64,000 nucleotides of DNA, taken from NCBI GenBank assembly GCA_964646855.1, contig CAZYHQ010000001.1, forward strand, positions 3,414-67,413. Reading direction: 5' to 3'. Source of the DNA: an uncultured archaeon (GTDB taxonomy: Archaea; Aenigmatarchaeota; Aenigmatarchaeia; CG10238-14; SCSR01). A program made the position numbers and the translations under genes. Positions 50,586-61,500 of the stretch are shown here, piece by piece (position 1 is the stretch's first letter; each line of letters starts with the position of its first letter). The notes under the pieces are model-generated. The model did no database searches, was not told the DNA's origin, and saw only the letters and a list, made by a program, of their open reading frames with translations.

Positions 50586-51554
50586 ATGAAAAGTTCTCAG
50601 CCCTACGTGTTAGTAACAGGCGGGTCAGGTTTCATAGGCTCACATACCGTTGAAGAACTTTTGTCAATCGGCAAGAACGTAATTATTTTGGATCCGGCCC
50701 CGCCGTTGTTTGCTGACAGAGAATTGGTGAAATCAGGGCGCGTTATTTACAAACACGGAACTAGCTATGATTTACCGCAGATGCTGGACATAGCTAACAA
50801 TTTCGAGCTCGAAGGCATATTCGACATTGGCGGCATACTCGGCACAGAAGAGTTGAGTAAGCGAATAGACAGCGCTATGGCGTTCAACGTAATCGGTTCT
50901 ACAAACACATTGGAACTGGCACGGATGAAAGATTTGAAAATTTTCTTTCCGATGAAAGAAGGCGTGTGGCTCGAAGGATACAGCCTGACAAAGAACACAA
51001 TACTGCACCAATACAAAATCTACAGAAAGATGTACGGGCTGAAAACTGTGGTTTGTGTGTGGTACCATGCGTATGGAGAGAGGCAGGCGGTATTCCCGGT
51101 AAGAAAAGCAGTTCCTACTTTCATAATGCAGGCGCTGTGCGGGGACAATTTTACGATAATGAACGACCCGAAGAACGCGCTTGATTACATATACGTTAAA
51201 GACGTGGGCAAGATAGTTGTTAATTTATTCTATTCGGACAAAACCAATTTCGACGAGGTATACGAAATCGGAAGCGGCAAGTCAATTACTTTGGAGGATC
51301 TCGTGAATCTGATAAAGCGGCTTACAAACAGCAGCAGCAATACAGAACTTATAGAGTATAGAAAGACACTACCAGAGCACCCTTTCGGCACTGCGGATGT
51401 AACAAAATTCGAGAACGTCATCGGCAAGTACGATTTCATGCCTCTGGAAAAAGGCATGAAGTTGACAGTTGACTGGTACAAACAGAATTATTCCATTGAG
51501 CAGCTGAAGAACGCTCTTGCATTGTGGAGACAGAGACAAACATACGGCGTTTGA
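50586..51554 (+). CDS. NAD-dependent sugar epimerase/reductase
   Basis: TGGSGFIG, GILGT, YSLTK, AYGERQ. Confidence 0.88.
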   Translation: MKSSQPYVLVTGGSGFIGSHTVEELLSIGKNVIILDPAPPLFADRELVKSGRVIYKHGTSYDLPQMLDIANNFELEGIFDIGGILGTEELSKRIDSAMAFNVIGSTNTLELARMKDLKIFFPMKEGVWLEGYSLTKNTILHQYKIYRKMYGLKTVVCVWYHAYGERQAVFPVRKAVPTFIMQALCGDNFTIMNDPKNALDYIYVKDVGKIVVNLFYSDKTNFDEVYEIGSGKSITLEDLVNLIKRLTNSSSNTELIEYRKTLPEHPFGTADVTKFENVIGKYDFMPLEKGMKLTVDWYKQNYSIEQLKNALALWRQRQTYGV

Positions 51555-51631
51555 ACAGCAACAGCAACTGCAACGTAGACGATTGTTCCACTTGTTTTAA
51601 ATATTTTTTTCCAGCAATAGTTTTTGAGAAA

Positions 51632-52438
51632 ATGGAAGACATACCAGTAGTTATTCTCTGCGGCGGTAAAGGTTTCAGGCTAAGAGAATTCACCGAAACA
51701 ATGCCCAAAGCCTTGGTGCCGATAGGGAACATGCCGATACTGTTACACGTGATGAAACTTTACGCGCACCACGGCTACAGAAGATTCATCCTGTCTTTAG
51801 GATACAAAGGCAACGAAATCAAACAGTACTTCATGAACCATGATTGGATGTCAAACGATTTTTTACTCAAGATGGGTCCGGCAAAAGAAGTAAGACACCT
51901 GTCCAGCAACTTGCACGATTTTGAAATAACCTTTGTTGACACAGGATTGGAAACAAATACTGGCGGGAGAGTTAAAAAAATAGAGAAACACATCGACACG
52001 GAAAATTTCATGGCAACATACTGCGACGGCGTGGCAAACATAGACTTGAACTCGCTTTTGGGATTCCATAAAAATATGGGCAGGATAGCAACTCTTACAG
52101 GCGTGCATCCTATAACATCTTTCGGTTTCATAGAAACTGAAAACGGAATAGCAAAATCATTCAGGGAGAAGCCGGCGCTCCCCGGCTTGGTCAACGGCGG
52201 ATTCTTCGTCTTCAACAAAAAAATTTTCGAATTCCTCGAAGAGGACAGCATCTTGGAAGACAAACCGCTGAGAACTTTGGCCTCAGCAGGGCAGCTTGCA
52301 GTTTACGAGCATAAAGATTTTTGGGCTTGCATGGATACTTTCAAAGATGTCGAGCGACTGAACGGTATTTGGGACACAGGGTACATGCCGCTCGGCTATT
52401 ACCAATTCAAAAAAGCTCCTTGGAAAATCTGGGAATAA
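51632..52438 (+). CDS. rfbF: glucose-1-phosphate cytidylyltransferase
   Basis: LCGGKG.RL.E, LGYKG..IK.YF, DTG..TNTGGR, NGGFF, FWACMDT. Confidence 0.9.
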   Translation: MEDIPVVILCGGKGFRLREFTETMPKALVPIGNMPILLHVMKLYAHHGYRRFILSLGYKGNEIKQYFMNHDWMSNDFLLKMGPAKEVRHLSSNLHDFEITFVDTGLETNTGGRVKKIEKHIDTENFMATYCDGVANIDLNSLLGFHKNMGRIATLTGVHPITSFGFIETENGIAKSFREKPALPGLVNGGFFVFNKKIFEFLEEDSILEDKPLRTLASAGQLAVYEHKDFWACMDTFKDVERLNGIWDTGYMPLGYYQFKKAPWKIWE

Positions 52439-52442
52439 TTCC

Positions 52443-53447
52443 ATGTCAGATAATTTTTGGCCAGACAAAAGAGTTTTGATAACTGGTGCAACAGGTTTCA
52501 TTGGCTCATGGCTGACTGAAGATTTGATTTCTAAAGGAGCGAGTGTTTCAGTTTTTGTAAAAAAGGATTCATTCGGAACCGACGCAGTCAAGCATTTAGA
52601 ATCCAAACTGAAAACTTTTCATGGAGATATAACTCAGAAGGACACGATAAAACCGGCAATAAGCGATCAAGAAATTATTTTTCACCTTGCAGCATACAGT
52701 CAGGTCCTGCATTCAATTGAAAATCCCAGTGAAGCATTTTTAGTGAACGCAACCGGTACTTTGAACTTGCTTGAAGAAGTGCGGAAAAACAATTCGAATT
52801 CTATTTTCGTTTTTGCTAGTACAGACAAAGTTTACGGCGAGCCGAAATACCTGCCGATTGATGAGCAGCACACTTTAAGCGCAAAATCTCCCTATGACGC
52901 ATCCAAACTAGCAGCAGACCGGTTGACATATTCTTACTATACTTCTTACGGCATGAATTGCACAATTTCCCGCTGGTCGAATACAATTGGCGGGCGAGAC
53001 GCAAACATTTTACGCGCGGTTCCAGATTTTGTAACAAGCCTACTGAATAACAGACCACCAACAATAAGAAGAACAGGGGAAGACGTTCGTGATTACATGT
53101 ATGTGACCGACGCGATTCGTGGAATCGAACTCCTTGCACAAGAAATTAATTTGACGAAAGGCCAAGCGTTTAATCTTGGAACAGAGAAACCGATTAAGCT
53201 AATAGAATTGTGCAAATTAATTTTGAAAACAATGGGACACGAAAATAAATTCCAGCCAACAATTTTAGGAAAACAAATTCCTGGGGAAATTGATAAACAG
53301 CATTTGTCTGCTAAAAAATCCATGGAAGTTACGAAATGGAGTCCTGAAGTAACATTAGAGGAAGGAATAAGGAAATCAATCGAGTGGTATTCACAGAACA
53401 GATGGTGGGAAGAAGTAATGAAGAGAGTGGCTAACGCCCGCACCTAA
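52443..53447 (+). CDS. CDP-glucose 4,6-dehydratase-like SDR
   Basis: FW..KRVLITGATGFIGSW, STDKVYG, PYDASK; follows rfbF. Confidence 0.82.
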   Translation: MSDNFWPDKRVLITGATGFIGSWLTEDLISKGASVSVFVKKDSFGTDAVKHLESKLKTFHGDITQKDTIKPAISDQEIIFHLAAYSQVLHSIENPSEAFLVNATGTLNLLEEVRKNNSNSIFVFASTDKVYGEPKYLPIDEQHTLSAKSPYDASKLAADRLTYSYYTSYGMNCTISRWSNTIGGRDANILRAVPDFVTSLLNNRPPTIRRTGEDVRDYMYVTDAIRGIELLAQEINLTKGQAFNLGTEKPIKLIELCKLILKTMGHENKFQPTILGKQIPGEIDKQHLSAKKSMEVTKWSPEVTLEEGIRKSIEWYSQNRWWEEVMKRVANART

Positions 53448-54673
53448 ACAATTCTCGGCCCCGGTATAGGGATAATAAATTTTCCACCAATGTCTTTGTA
53501 TTTTTGTTGCTGCCTCATTACTTCGTCAGCAAAATTCCAAGCAAGTATAAACATATAGTCAGGTTTGTCTTCCAAAATTTTTTCTACCGGAACAACTGGA
53601 ATGTGCATACCAGGCGTAAGCAATCCATGTTTCAGCGGGTTTTTGTCTGCTATGTAATCCAATAACTTTGTGTCGATACCAAAGAAATTAAGCAGTGTGT
53701 TGCCCTTTGCTGGCGCGCCGTACCCGATTATATTTTTGCCTTCTGATCTCAATTTTTTTAGCAACGAAATCAAATTTTCTTTCAGCCTTTTTATTCTATC
53801 TGCAAATTCCAGATAAGTTTCAAATTTGTCAAGTTCCATTTCTTCCTCCAACTTCAGCAATTCACCAACAGCAGCTGTAGTTTTCAAGTTTGATGATTTC
53901 TTTTTTACGTAAATCCTTATCGTGCCGCCATGAATTGGAAAACGCTTTACGTCGAAAATTTCCATGTCAAAGCTTTTGAAAAGTTCTGTCAAAGGTCTGA
54001 TTGCAAAATAGGAAAGGTGTTCATGGTAAGCAGTATCGAACTCGTTGTTTTGTATCATGTCAACAAGGTATGGCACCTCGATGACAAACGCACCATCATC
54101 CTCAAGCAAAACACTGACTCCTGCCAACAAATCGTAGGAATCGTTTATGTGCGCTACTACATTGGTCGCGGTTATAATCTTTGCTTTGCTTTTTTCTTTT
54201 ACTATTTTCTCTGCAGTGGCTGAATTGAAAAAATCGTTCACAGTTTCTATCCCGGATTTTCTTGCGATTTCTGCGATGTTAGTTGCAGGTTCGACGCCAA
54301 GAGTTCTTATACCAACCTTTTTGAAACCCTTCAGTAATGTCCCGTCATTGCTCCCTATGTCAACAACAAGCGAATTCTCGCCAGCGCCAACAATCTTTGT
54401 GGACTCGTCAGCAAGCTGCTGAAAATGCACAGGAACTGCGTCAGACGTTCCAGATACCCACAGATAACTTTTGAACATCAATTCCGGGGGTACAACATAA
54501 TCCAGCTGCACTAAACCACAATTGTTGCAGAAAACTAAGTTTAGTGGGTAGGTTGGTTCTGGTTTTTTCAAGTCTTCTTTCCTCAAAAAACTGTTTGCCA
54601 AAGGCTGATTACCAAGTTCCAAAAATTTTTTTAGTTCAGCGTTTTTGCAAATCCTACAATTGGTTACCTGCAT
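53444..54673 (-). CDS. NDP-hexose C-methyltransferase (TcaB9/EryBIII family)
   Basis: CRIC...CNNCGLVQL Zn site, DIGSNDG, YHEH, HGG, YGAPAKG, LAWNF. Confidence 0.92.
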   Translation of the reverse strand: MQVTNCRICKNAELKKFLELGNQPLANSFLRKEDLKKPEPTYPLNLVFCNNCGLVQLDYVVPPELMFKSYLWVSGTSDAVPVHFQQLADESTKIVGAGENSLVVDIGSNDGTLLKGFKKVGIRTLGVEPATNIAEIARKSGIETVNDFFNSATAEKIVKEKSKAKIITATNVVAHINDSYDLLAGVSVLLEDDGAFVIEVPYLVDMIQNNEFDTAYHEHLSYFAIRPLTELFKSFDMEIFDVKRFPIHGGTIRIYVKKKSSNLKTTAAVGELLKLEEEMELDKFETYLEFADRIKRLKENLISLLKKLRSEGKNIIGYGAPAKGNTLLNFFGIDTKLLDYIADKNPLKHGLLTPGMHIPVVPVEKILEDKPDYMFILAWNFADEVMRQQQKYKDIGGKFIIPIPGPRIV

Positions 54674-54733
54674 GTCATCACTTGTAGACTTTAGATACAA
54701 CGGATTTAAATTTTGTGTACTCTTATTTCCATC

Positions 54734-55618
54734 ATGCAAATACTTGTTACCGGCGGAACAGGAGTAATTGGTTACAAGCTAGTGAAATATTTCGTTGATA
54801 ACGGCGAGAATGCCAGCTACACATATCTTTCACATGAAACCGAAATCAAAAGTGCAATTGGCCACAAACTTGATATAACAGACACGCAAGCAGTTCTTGA
54901 TTTGATAAATAAAATCAAGCCAAACGTCGTTGTACATACTGCGGCATTGACAAAGGTTGACTTGTGCGAAACAAATCACAAACTTGCGGATGCGATGAAT
55001 ATAGAAGGCACAAGAAACATAGTTGAAGCTTGCAAAGCTACCGGCAGCAAAATAGTGTTGGTTTCTACTTCAGCTGTATTCGACGGCAAAAAATCTGTTT
55101 ACTACGAGGACGACGAAGTCAACCCTCAATATTATTATGCTTTCACCAAAGCAGAAGCAGAAAAAATTGTAAAAACTTCTGGCTTAGAATTTCTGATTCT
55201 TCGAACAGACCAACCTTACTGCTGGACAGAGAAGTGGCAGCATGACAACTCAGTTCTGCGAGTGATTAACAAACTGAAGGCAGGAAAGGTTATGAAAGAC
55301 GTTGCTGACTGGTATAACAACCCAACCCTTGTTGACAATTTTGTTGAAGTTGCATTCGCTTTGATCAAGAAAAATCAAACTGGAATCTATCACGTTTGCG
55401 GTTCTGATTATTTGAACCGTTATGAAATGGCACTGAAAGTTGCGGAAGTTTTTGGATTAAATAAAGATTTAGTTCAGTCGATGAAGTCAATAGAACTTAG
55501 CCTGCCAGCAAAAAGAGTTAATGTGAATTTGAATAATGAAAAGGCTCAGAAAGATTCTGGGGTCAAACTGCTAAATTTTGAAGAAGGACTAAACTCAATG
55601 AAAGTAAAAATTGCTTAA
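54734..55618 (+). CDS. rfbD: dTDP-4-dehydrorhamnose reductase family
   Basis: TGGTGVIG, AALTKVDLCE, VFDG, YAFTK, NPT, RYE. Confidence 0.85.
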   Translation: MQILVTGGTGVIGYKLVKYFVDNGENASYTYLSHETEIKSAIGHKLDITDTQAVLDLINKIKPNVVVHTAALTKVDLCETNHKLADAMNIEGTRNIVEACKATGSKIVLVSTSAVFDGKKSVYYEDDEVNPQYYYAFTKAEAEKIVKTSGLEFLILRTDQPYCWTEKWQHDNSVLRVINKLKAGKVMKDVADWYNNPTLVDNFVEVAFALIKKNQTGIYHVCGSDYLNRYEMALKVAEVFGLNKDLVQSMKSIELSLPAKRVNVNLNNEKAQKDSGVKLLNFEEGLNSMKVKIA

Positions 55619-57813
55619 TTTGAAACAACTGTCTGAAATGTATCATTGTAGGAAGTCTGATTGACAGTTATGTTTGGTGTGTAGATTGCATTGGTTGTAT
55701 AATCAGTCTCAATTATTACGAAAACTTTTTCCGAGTTGTTAAGCGAAGTGGTCTGCGTCGAGTGTATGTTTGATTGGCCGGTATTGAACAACCATGAAAA
55801 TATCTGGCTACCCAAGTTATTGACTATCTCAAAGACCTGAACTGTGCTGTCTTTGTTTTCCTTCAGCACAAGACCGCCCAACACTTCTATCATGTTCACT
55901 TGGAATTTGTCTGCAAAGCTGTTGTTGAAAGTTCCGTTATATGCTTGAACAGCTGGTGTTCTTTTGCCCTGCGCGCTGTAGTTTACTTCTACTGTAAAGT
56001 TTGTAGTTTCTCTCGGCGCAAGAGTTACCGAAGTGTTGCTAGTTACACCTGCATCAGAAATACGCCAATTTATGTTGGAAACATTGTAAGGCCAGTAGTT
56101 TGTTATGTTAAACCTGAAGACTCTTATGTTTGTTTCATTTTTCTTGTAGCTTTCAAAGTTTTCAATTCTTATTGCGTTGAGAACAAATGATTCGTTAAAG
56201 CGATCTGAAATGGCCCCAGAGACTATTGTAACATTAACATCTTTGTTACCGTCAGTAGTGTAGTTTATACTTTGCGTTACTGTGCTTGATGCATCGGTTC
56301 CCAAGCTGCCTGTGCTTCCAGAAAACAGCTGGTCATCGCTTCTTATGTTATAAGTTACCGTCAATGCCGACCAATAATTCTTGATGTTGAACTGCATGTT
56401 TCTATTGTTTTCTCCAACAGAACTTGTGTTGTAATCTTCAATTTTTGTTCCTTTTAGTTCAAACTTTACAAACTTTGTATCGTTTCCTTCGGGTGAAGTT
56501 ACGTTGCAATTTAGGTATTTTGCTCCGGGCGAACCGTATGTTCTGTTGAGGTATTCGGTTCTCCTGCCGAAAGCTGATACAGAAAACGAACTGTTTGACT
56601 TGGCACCGTTATCGCAAGCCCAGTCCATGTTGCTTACAGTAGAATTCAGGCCGTTGAGTATTGTCATGTTGAAATTTGCCTTGTCTCCATTCTGGCTGAT
56701 GAATGATAGCGACCCTATGGTAATTCCAAACTTGTTTGTAATGTTTTCGAAATCATAAGAACCAGGATTAGACCGTGCCGTCACATTTACTTTGTAACTT
56801 CCGCCAGATGAGTAATTATGTTCGACTATAACTAACACTGATTCGTTGGTCGATACATTAAATGCATTTGTAGAAATAATCTGATTGCCGTCTCCAAAAT
56901 CTGCAGTCCAGTTTACATCTGTAATTGTAGAATTCTTTTCGTTTGCAAGATAAAACTGGAAAGTTCTGTTTCTGTCAGCAGAATAAAGATTTTCTTGTCT
57001 GCTAACATCTACGCCAGCATCCACCGTTACTATCTGCGACGGCGCGTGCACAGGGTAACTGCCGTAAACGAATTTTGTTGTATTGGCACTGTCTCTCACT
57101 ATTTTCAGAATGTTGCCTATCGGATTGTATGAGTATAACCAAGTGTTGCCTGCGATAGAAACATTTACCAGCCTGTCCAGAAAGTCATAAGCCATTCTGT
57201 AAGTTCGATTGTTTGCGGTGTCATTAATCAGGACAATGTTGCCCACAGAATCATACGTGTAATTAATATTTTGAATCGCACCAGTTTTTATTTGCTGCAA
57301 TCTTGAATTTGTTTCATTGTAAGTCTGTTCAGTAATCCTGGTATTTGCATAAGTCCTGTTCAGCATTTTGTCGAACGCATCGTAGAAAGTATTGGTTATG
57401 TAGTTAGTAATCTTGTTTACCTTGCTCTGGTTGTTGTAGTAGTATTCTATTTCTTGTCCTGTTAAATTTATTTCAAGTACTCTATCCATAGAGTCATAGA
57501 CATATCTTTTCTCAAATTGTATACCATCGATAATCCTGATTTCCGTTATCAGTCTCAGTTTGTCATTGTATTCGTACTTTACTGTGTCATTGCCGAATGT
57601 AACGTTTGTCAGAGTTCCTTGGTGTTGCTCGTCGTAAGTGTAGTTTATGCTAATGCCTGTAGAATTTTTAGTTACAATTCTGTTTAACGCATCGTAAGTT
57701 ATGTTCACTTGGTTCGTCGGATTGTCGTAAGTTAAATCTTGTGTGGCAGCAATCGCCAACTGCGGGATTAATGCAAAAACGATCATTGCAAATAAAAACA
57801 ATTTAGTCTTCAT
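55615..57813 (-). CDS. secreted protein: YD-repeat segment + PKD + Ig-like domains
   Basis: signal peptide; YDALNR, YDSMDR, YDSVGNI, YDFLDRL, PVHAP; WTADFGDG..HNYSSGGSYKV PKD; GGAGG SD. Confidence 0.85.
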   Translation of the reverse strand: MKTKLFLFAMIVFALIPQLAIAATQDLTYDNPTNQVNITYDALNRIVTKNSTGISINYTYDEQHQGTLTNVTFGNDTVKYEYNDKLRLITEIRIIDGIQFEKRYVYDSMDRVLEINLTGQEIEYYYNNQSKVNKITNYITNTFYDAFDKMLNRTYANTRITEQTYNETNSRLQQIKTGAIQNINYTYDSVGNIVLINDTANNRTYRMAYDFLDRLVNVSIAGNTWLYSYNPIGNILKIVRDSANTTKFVYGSYPVHAPSQIVTVDAGVDVSRQENLYSADRNRTFQFYLANEKNSTITDVNWTADFGDGNQIISTNAFNVSTNESVLVIVEHNYSSGGSYKVNVTARSNPGSYDFENITNKFGITIGSLSFISQNGDKANFNMTILNGLNSTVSNMDWACDNGAKSNSSFSVSAFGRRTEYLNRTYGSPGAKYLNCNVTSPEGNDTKFVKFELKGTKIEDYNTSSVGENNRNMQFNIKNYWSALTVTYNIRSDDQLFSGSTGSLGTDASSTVTQSINYTTDGNKDVNVTIVSGAISDRFNESFVLNAIRIENFESYKKNETNIRVFRFNITNYWPYNVSNINWRISDAGVTSNTSVTLAPRETTNFTVEVNYSAQGKRTPAVQAYNGTFNNSFADKFQVNMIEVLGGLVLKENKDSTVQVFEIVNNLGSQIFSWLFNTGQSNIHSTQTTSLNNSEKVFVIIETDYTTNAIYTPNITVNQTSYNDTFQTVVSN

Positions 57814-58027
57814 AGAAACCTCCTGAGACAATTCTCATCAGCTCTTTGAACGGAGTGTAAATTTTCGTGCTGGCAGAATCGTTGCGAGAAATCTCTGACA
57901 GTCTTAACGAAAGAATTCGGAAATTATTTTTGGAAAATATTTTTATTTCAGCTAGATAATTTTGATTGTCCTTTGTTAATTTTTTTACTATAATTATTTT
58001 ATTTTCTAAAAGCGACTCTTGTTTCAT
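57803..58027 (-). pseudogene. short ORF containing a duplicated RHS fragment (remnant)
   Basis: RNDSASTKIYTPFKELMRIV identical to a segment of the large RHS protein; 46/48 nt identity to 59607-59654. Confidence 0.6.
57836..57883 (-). repeat. 48-bp direct repeat, copy 2 (copy 1 at 59607-59654)
   Basis: catcagctctttgaacgg(a/c)gtgtaaattttcgtgctggc(a/t)gaatcgtt. Confidence 0.9.
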
Positions 58028-58590
58028 TGTTCAGAAACCTCCCTTGTTTGGTTAAGAACAATAGTTTTACCAGTGTCAGGATCACATACTAAGAAGTCTT
58101 TGTTTTGATTGTACCAACCTTTCCAAGCATTAAGAATCTGGTCTTGGTTAGTTTCGTTGACAGAGCCAAGATATACACCGGTAATTGCATTAAGTATAAC
58201 GTTTATAGTTTTTCCAACAGTGTTCTTGCCTATAACACCGTATTCTTCAAAAGATCCTCTAGGGAGAATTATCAACGCATTGCTACTATCTGTTCGGTTA
58301 AGATTATCTATCAGAATTGGTATTGAATTATCAGAAAGTAAAATCAATTCCGCAACACTCCTGTAAGATAGAGCAGCATCATAAGATGTTATATCGTCAA
58401 TACGTTTCTGAATTTCTTCTTTTGAGAGGCTGTAACTACAAGATGGCGTCGATTCGTAGAAATCTCGTACGTCTCTTAATGTTTGTTCGTCTACAGTACT
58501 TTTTTCTATCAAAAACAAAATAATTACAAGAAAAATAGCTACAAGAGTTACAAAAACAAATTTTATGTTTAAATAATTCCTAATTCTCAA
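58024..58590 (-). CDS. putative immunity protein, N-terminal membrane anchor
   Basis: start overlaps the RHS stop; single TM; HEAT-like ELILLSDNSIPILIDNL; AT-rich like the toxin tip. Confidence 0.6.
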   Translation of the reverse strand: MRIRNYLNIKFVFVTLVAIFLVIILFLIEKSTVDEQTLRDVRDFYESTPSCSYSLSKEEIQKRIDDITSYDAALSYRSVAELILLSDNSIPILIDNLNRTDSSNALIILPRGSFEEYGVIGKNTVGKTINVILNAITGVYLGSVNETNQDQILNAWKGWYNQNKDFLVCDPDTGKTIVLNQTREVSEQ

Positions 58591-61500
58591 TTAAGATCAC
58601 TTTGTGTTCTTGGTTCAATGAGATGAGTCTCTTTTCCAGTCAGCCAAGTATCAATAAAAGGATCTAGTGGTCTAAACCACCATCTGACCGCACCAACAAA
58701 ACTGGTCCATGTATCTTTAGGTTCGTCTTTAAAATACGGATCAATGATTGCATTTGTGTTTTCTTGTTTTGCGTGGTAAAATTTTCCCGGGTTCATAATG
58801 TTCTCTGCATCAAGGCGGTCGTCCAAACCAAAGAAATGACCGACCTCATGTACGTATTGCTCTCGATCTGTAGTCCATTCACCAGTCCTACCATAGTTAT
58901 TATCTAATGGAAGATTACCAAAAGGAACGATAGATTTATCTCTCTTAGAAATACTAAAGATTTCTACGGCATTCTCATACAAGGGTATGTAATCAGGCTT
59001 ACTACTTACATATGCAACCTTAACATCAAATCTTACATTATAAGTCTGCCCCCCGCTTTGATAAGTAAATCCTTGATTCCAAACGAAATTTATATCTTCT
59101 TCCATTTGCTTTGCAAGATCTGCATTAGCAGCATCACCATAAATGTAGATTGTGGTGCTAACCACGATTTCTTTATTTTCGTCGTCAATTACAAGTTTTG
59201 CATCTCTTCCTGTCGGGTCGATATATTTTATCGGATTGTTTAACGAATATGAAAATCTATTCAAACTCTGGGAATTATATATATTTGGTACATTTACATC
59301 AGGTTGATGCCATCTGCCTATACACGGATTGTAATATCTGGCACCATAATAAAATTGACAACTAGAATCTTTGAATTGCCCAGTGTATAGTTTATTTTCA
59401 GCACTTCCCCCACCCAGCAACTCCCCGAACGGACTATAGAACGTGTTCTCAACAACATTCCCATTCTGATTTGTTATTAAACTAGTGCTTCCCAAATGAT
59501 CCGGATGATAGTAATATTTCGAGCCGTCTGGATTGACACGTGCGACTAAAGTACCGTCTTGGTAAATGTAAGTGAAGTCAAATGTTCCGCTGCTATTAAC
59601 TATCCGCATCAGCTCTTTGAACGGCGTGTAAATTTTCGTGCTGGCTGAATCGTTTCTCTCGATTTTTATGCGGATACCAAACGGATCGTATGTGTAATTT
59701 TCGATAATTGGTGAACTGACAGTAGAGCCATTGCGAATTATTATCAACTGATTTAGCGCGTCATACTCGCGATAAAATCCGTCACCAGTTACTAAATTGC
59801 CACCACCCTGTTGCTGCTGGCGAATTAAATTTCCAGCAAGATTGTAAGTGTAAGTCCAGTTGCCGAGATCAGGATCGATCAATGCGGTGCGCCTGCCGAG
59901 TGAATCGTAAGTAAAACTAAAAATGTTTCCTAACGAATCAGTAATTTTTACGAGATTATCACTAGTGTCGTACTCATAGCTAGTATTGTAAATGTCTGAC
60001 TCGAAATTCCAGCCGAGAACAGGATCGTTATTGTATTCGAGAACATTTTTAATACGATCGTATGTATCAAGAACGTAAGCCTTGCGATGTCCATTTTCAT
60101 CGTATGCTGTAATCGTGCGATGGTCGAAATTAATTGTCTTGTTGCTGCTATCCGGATTCAAAACAAAATTAACTCTGCCTAGAGTATCGTAAGTGTAATT
60201 AGTAGCATTAACAGTTGAAGAAGGAGTTGACAATGAAACAGAAAACGTATCGAAATATGGATTGCTCTCAGAAATAACTCTGCCCAATCCGTCATAATAA
60301 AAGTTTTTGACAATCTGCCTGTTGTTGTCTGCCGGACGCTTTAGCTGAATGAAGTTTCCAAATCCATCATAGTAAAAATATGTATCTGAAGTTTTGTTCG
60401 CTGAAGTTCGCTGTGAAATCTTAATATATTCAGGAGTATTACCATCGAAAAAGTAAGTGTAATTCTTAGTAGGCAACTCGTATGAATCAAACGGTTGCAC
60501 TTCCTTAATTATTCTGCCGAAAATGTCGTAGTAGAAATAATTAGTGATTTCGTTCTGCTTCTGCCAAATCAGATTGCCGGTACCAATGTCATAAGCGTAA
60601 TCAGCAGTGTGGAACAAAGCATTAGTGATTCTGTCTGGGTAAGTGAACGTAGTGTCGCGCAACCCGTATGTGTAAGTCGTCTCAGCACCGAGCGGATTGG
60701 TCTCGCGGATTACATTGCCGAGAGAATCGTATGCAAACTTTGTCTTTTGATTGCCTCCAGTATCCAGCCAGTTGTCTATTTCTGTCAAGTCTCCGCGAAT
60801 GGGAGCAGCAGAGTAAGGAAGATTATCGTAAGAATATTTTGTCTCTATAACCTTTGTAGAGTTGTCAGAAGCAAACAGCAAGTACCAGCTAAGTCTGTCA
60901 ACAATCCAGCCAGAAGTGTTTAATGCGTATGCATACCGCTCGTATTTTTCATCGCCGCTGATGTTAACATCGCCGAAGAAATTTCTGTGCAAAACATTTC
61001 CATAACTGTCGTAAACGTAAGAAACATTTGTGATGTTTGGTGCAATCGGTGAACCGTCGTAGAAATAATTTGTCTGAGACAGCAGGAAAGTTTTGTGATA
61101 CAGATTGCCTCCAACGGAGATGTTTGTATAATTAAAGAAATTTTCAGCGCGAGAAAACAAACTGCGGGAAGAATTGTAAATTTCAGTTTTGTATTCCTTG
61201 CCTTTGCGGGCATCGTCTTGATGGAAATAATGGACAATTAAACTTTTGTCAGGAAGAGTTTCGTTTGTCAAGGCAAACCCGCGGAATTCGGAATTGTCGT
61301 AATCGTAACTTCCGCCGGAGTAGTTGTATGTATAGTTTGCAATTACAGCAAACCTGCCGGGCATCGAGTTGTTTTGCAAAACATTCCGTACGACCCAAAT
61401 ATTGAATCCTAAATCGGACAGCGAGTCGTTGCCTGTGTTGTTGAATTGAGTTGACTTGTTGTACTGGACAGAAACGGAGTCTATTGTAATTGTCCCGCCG

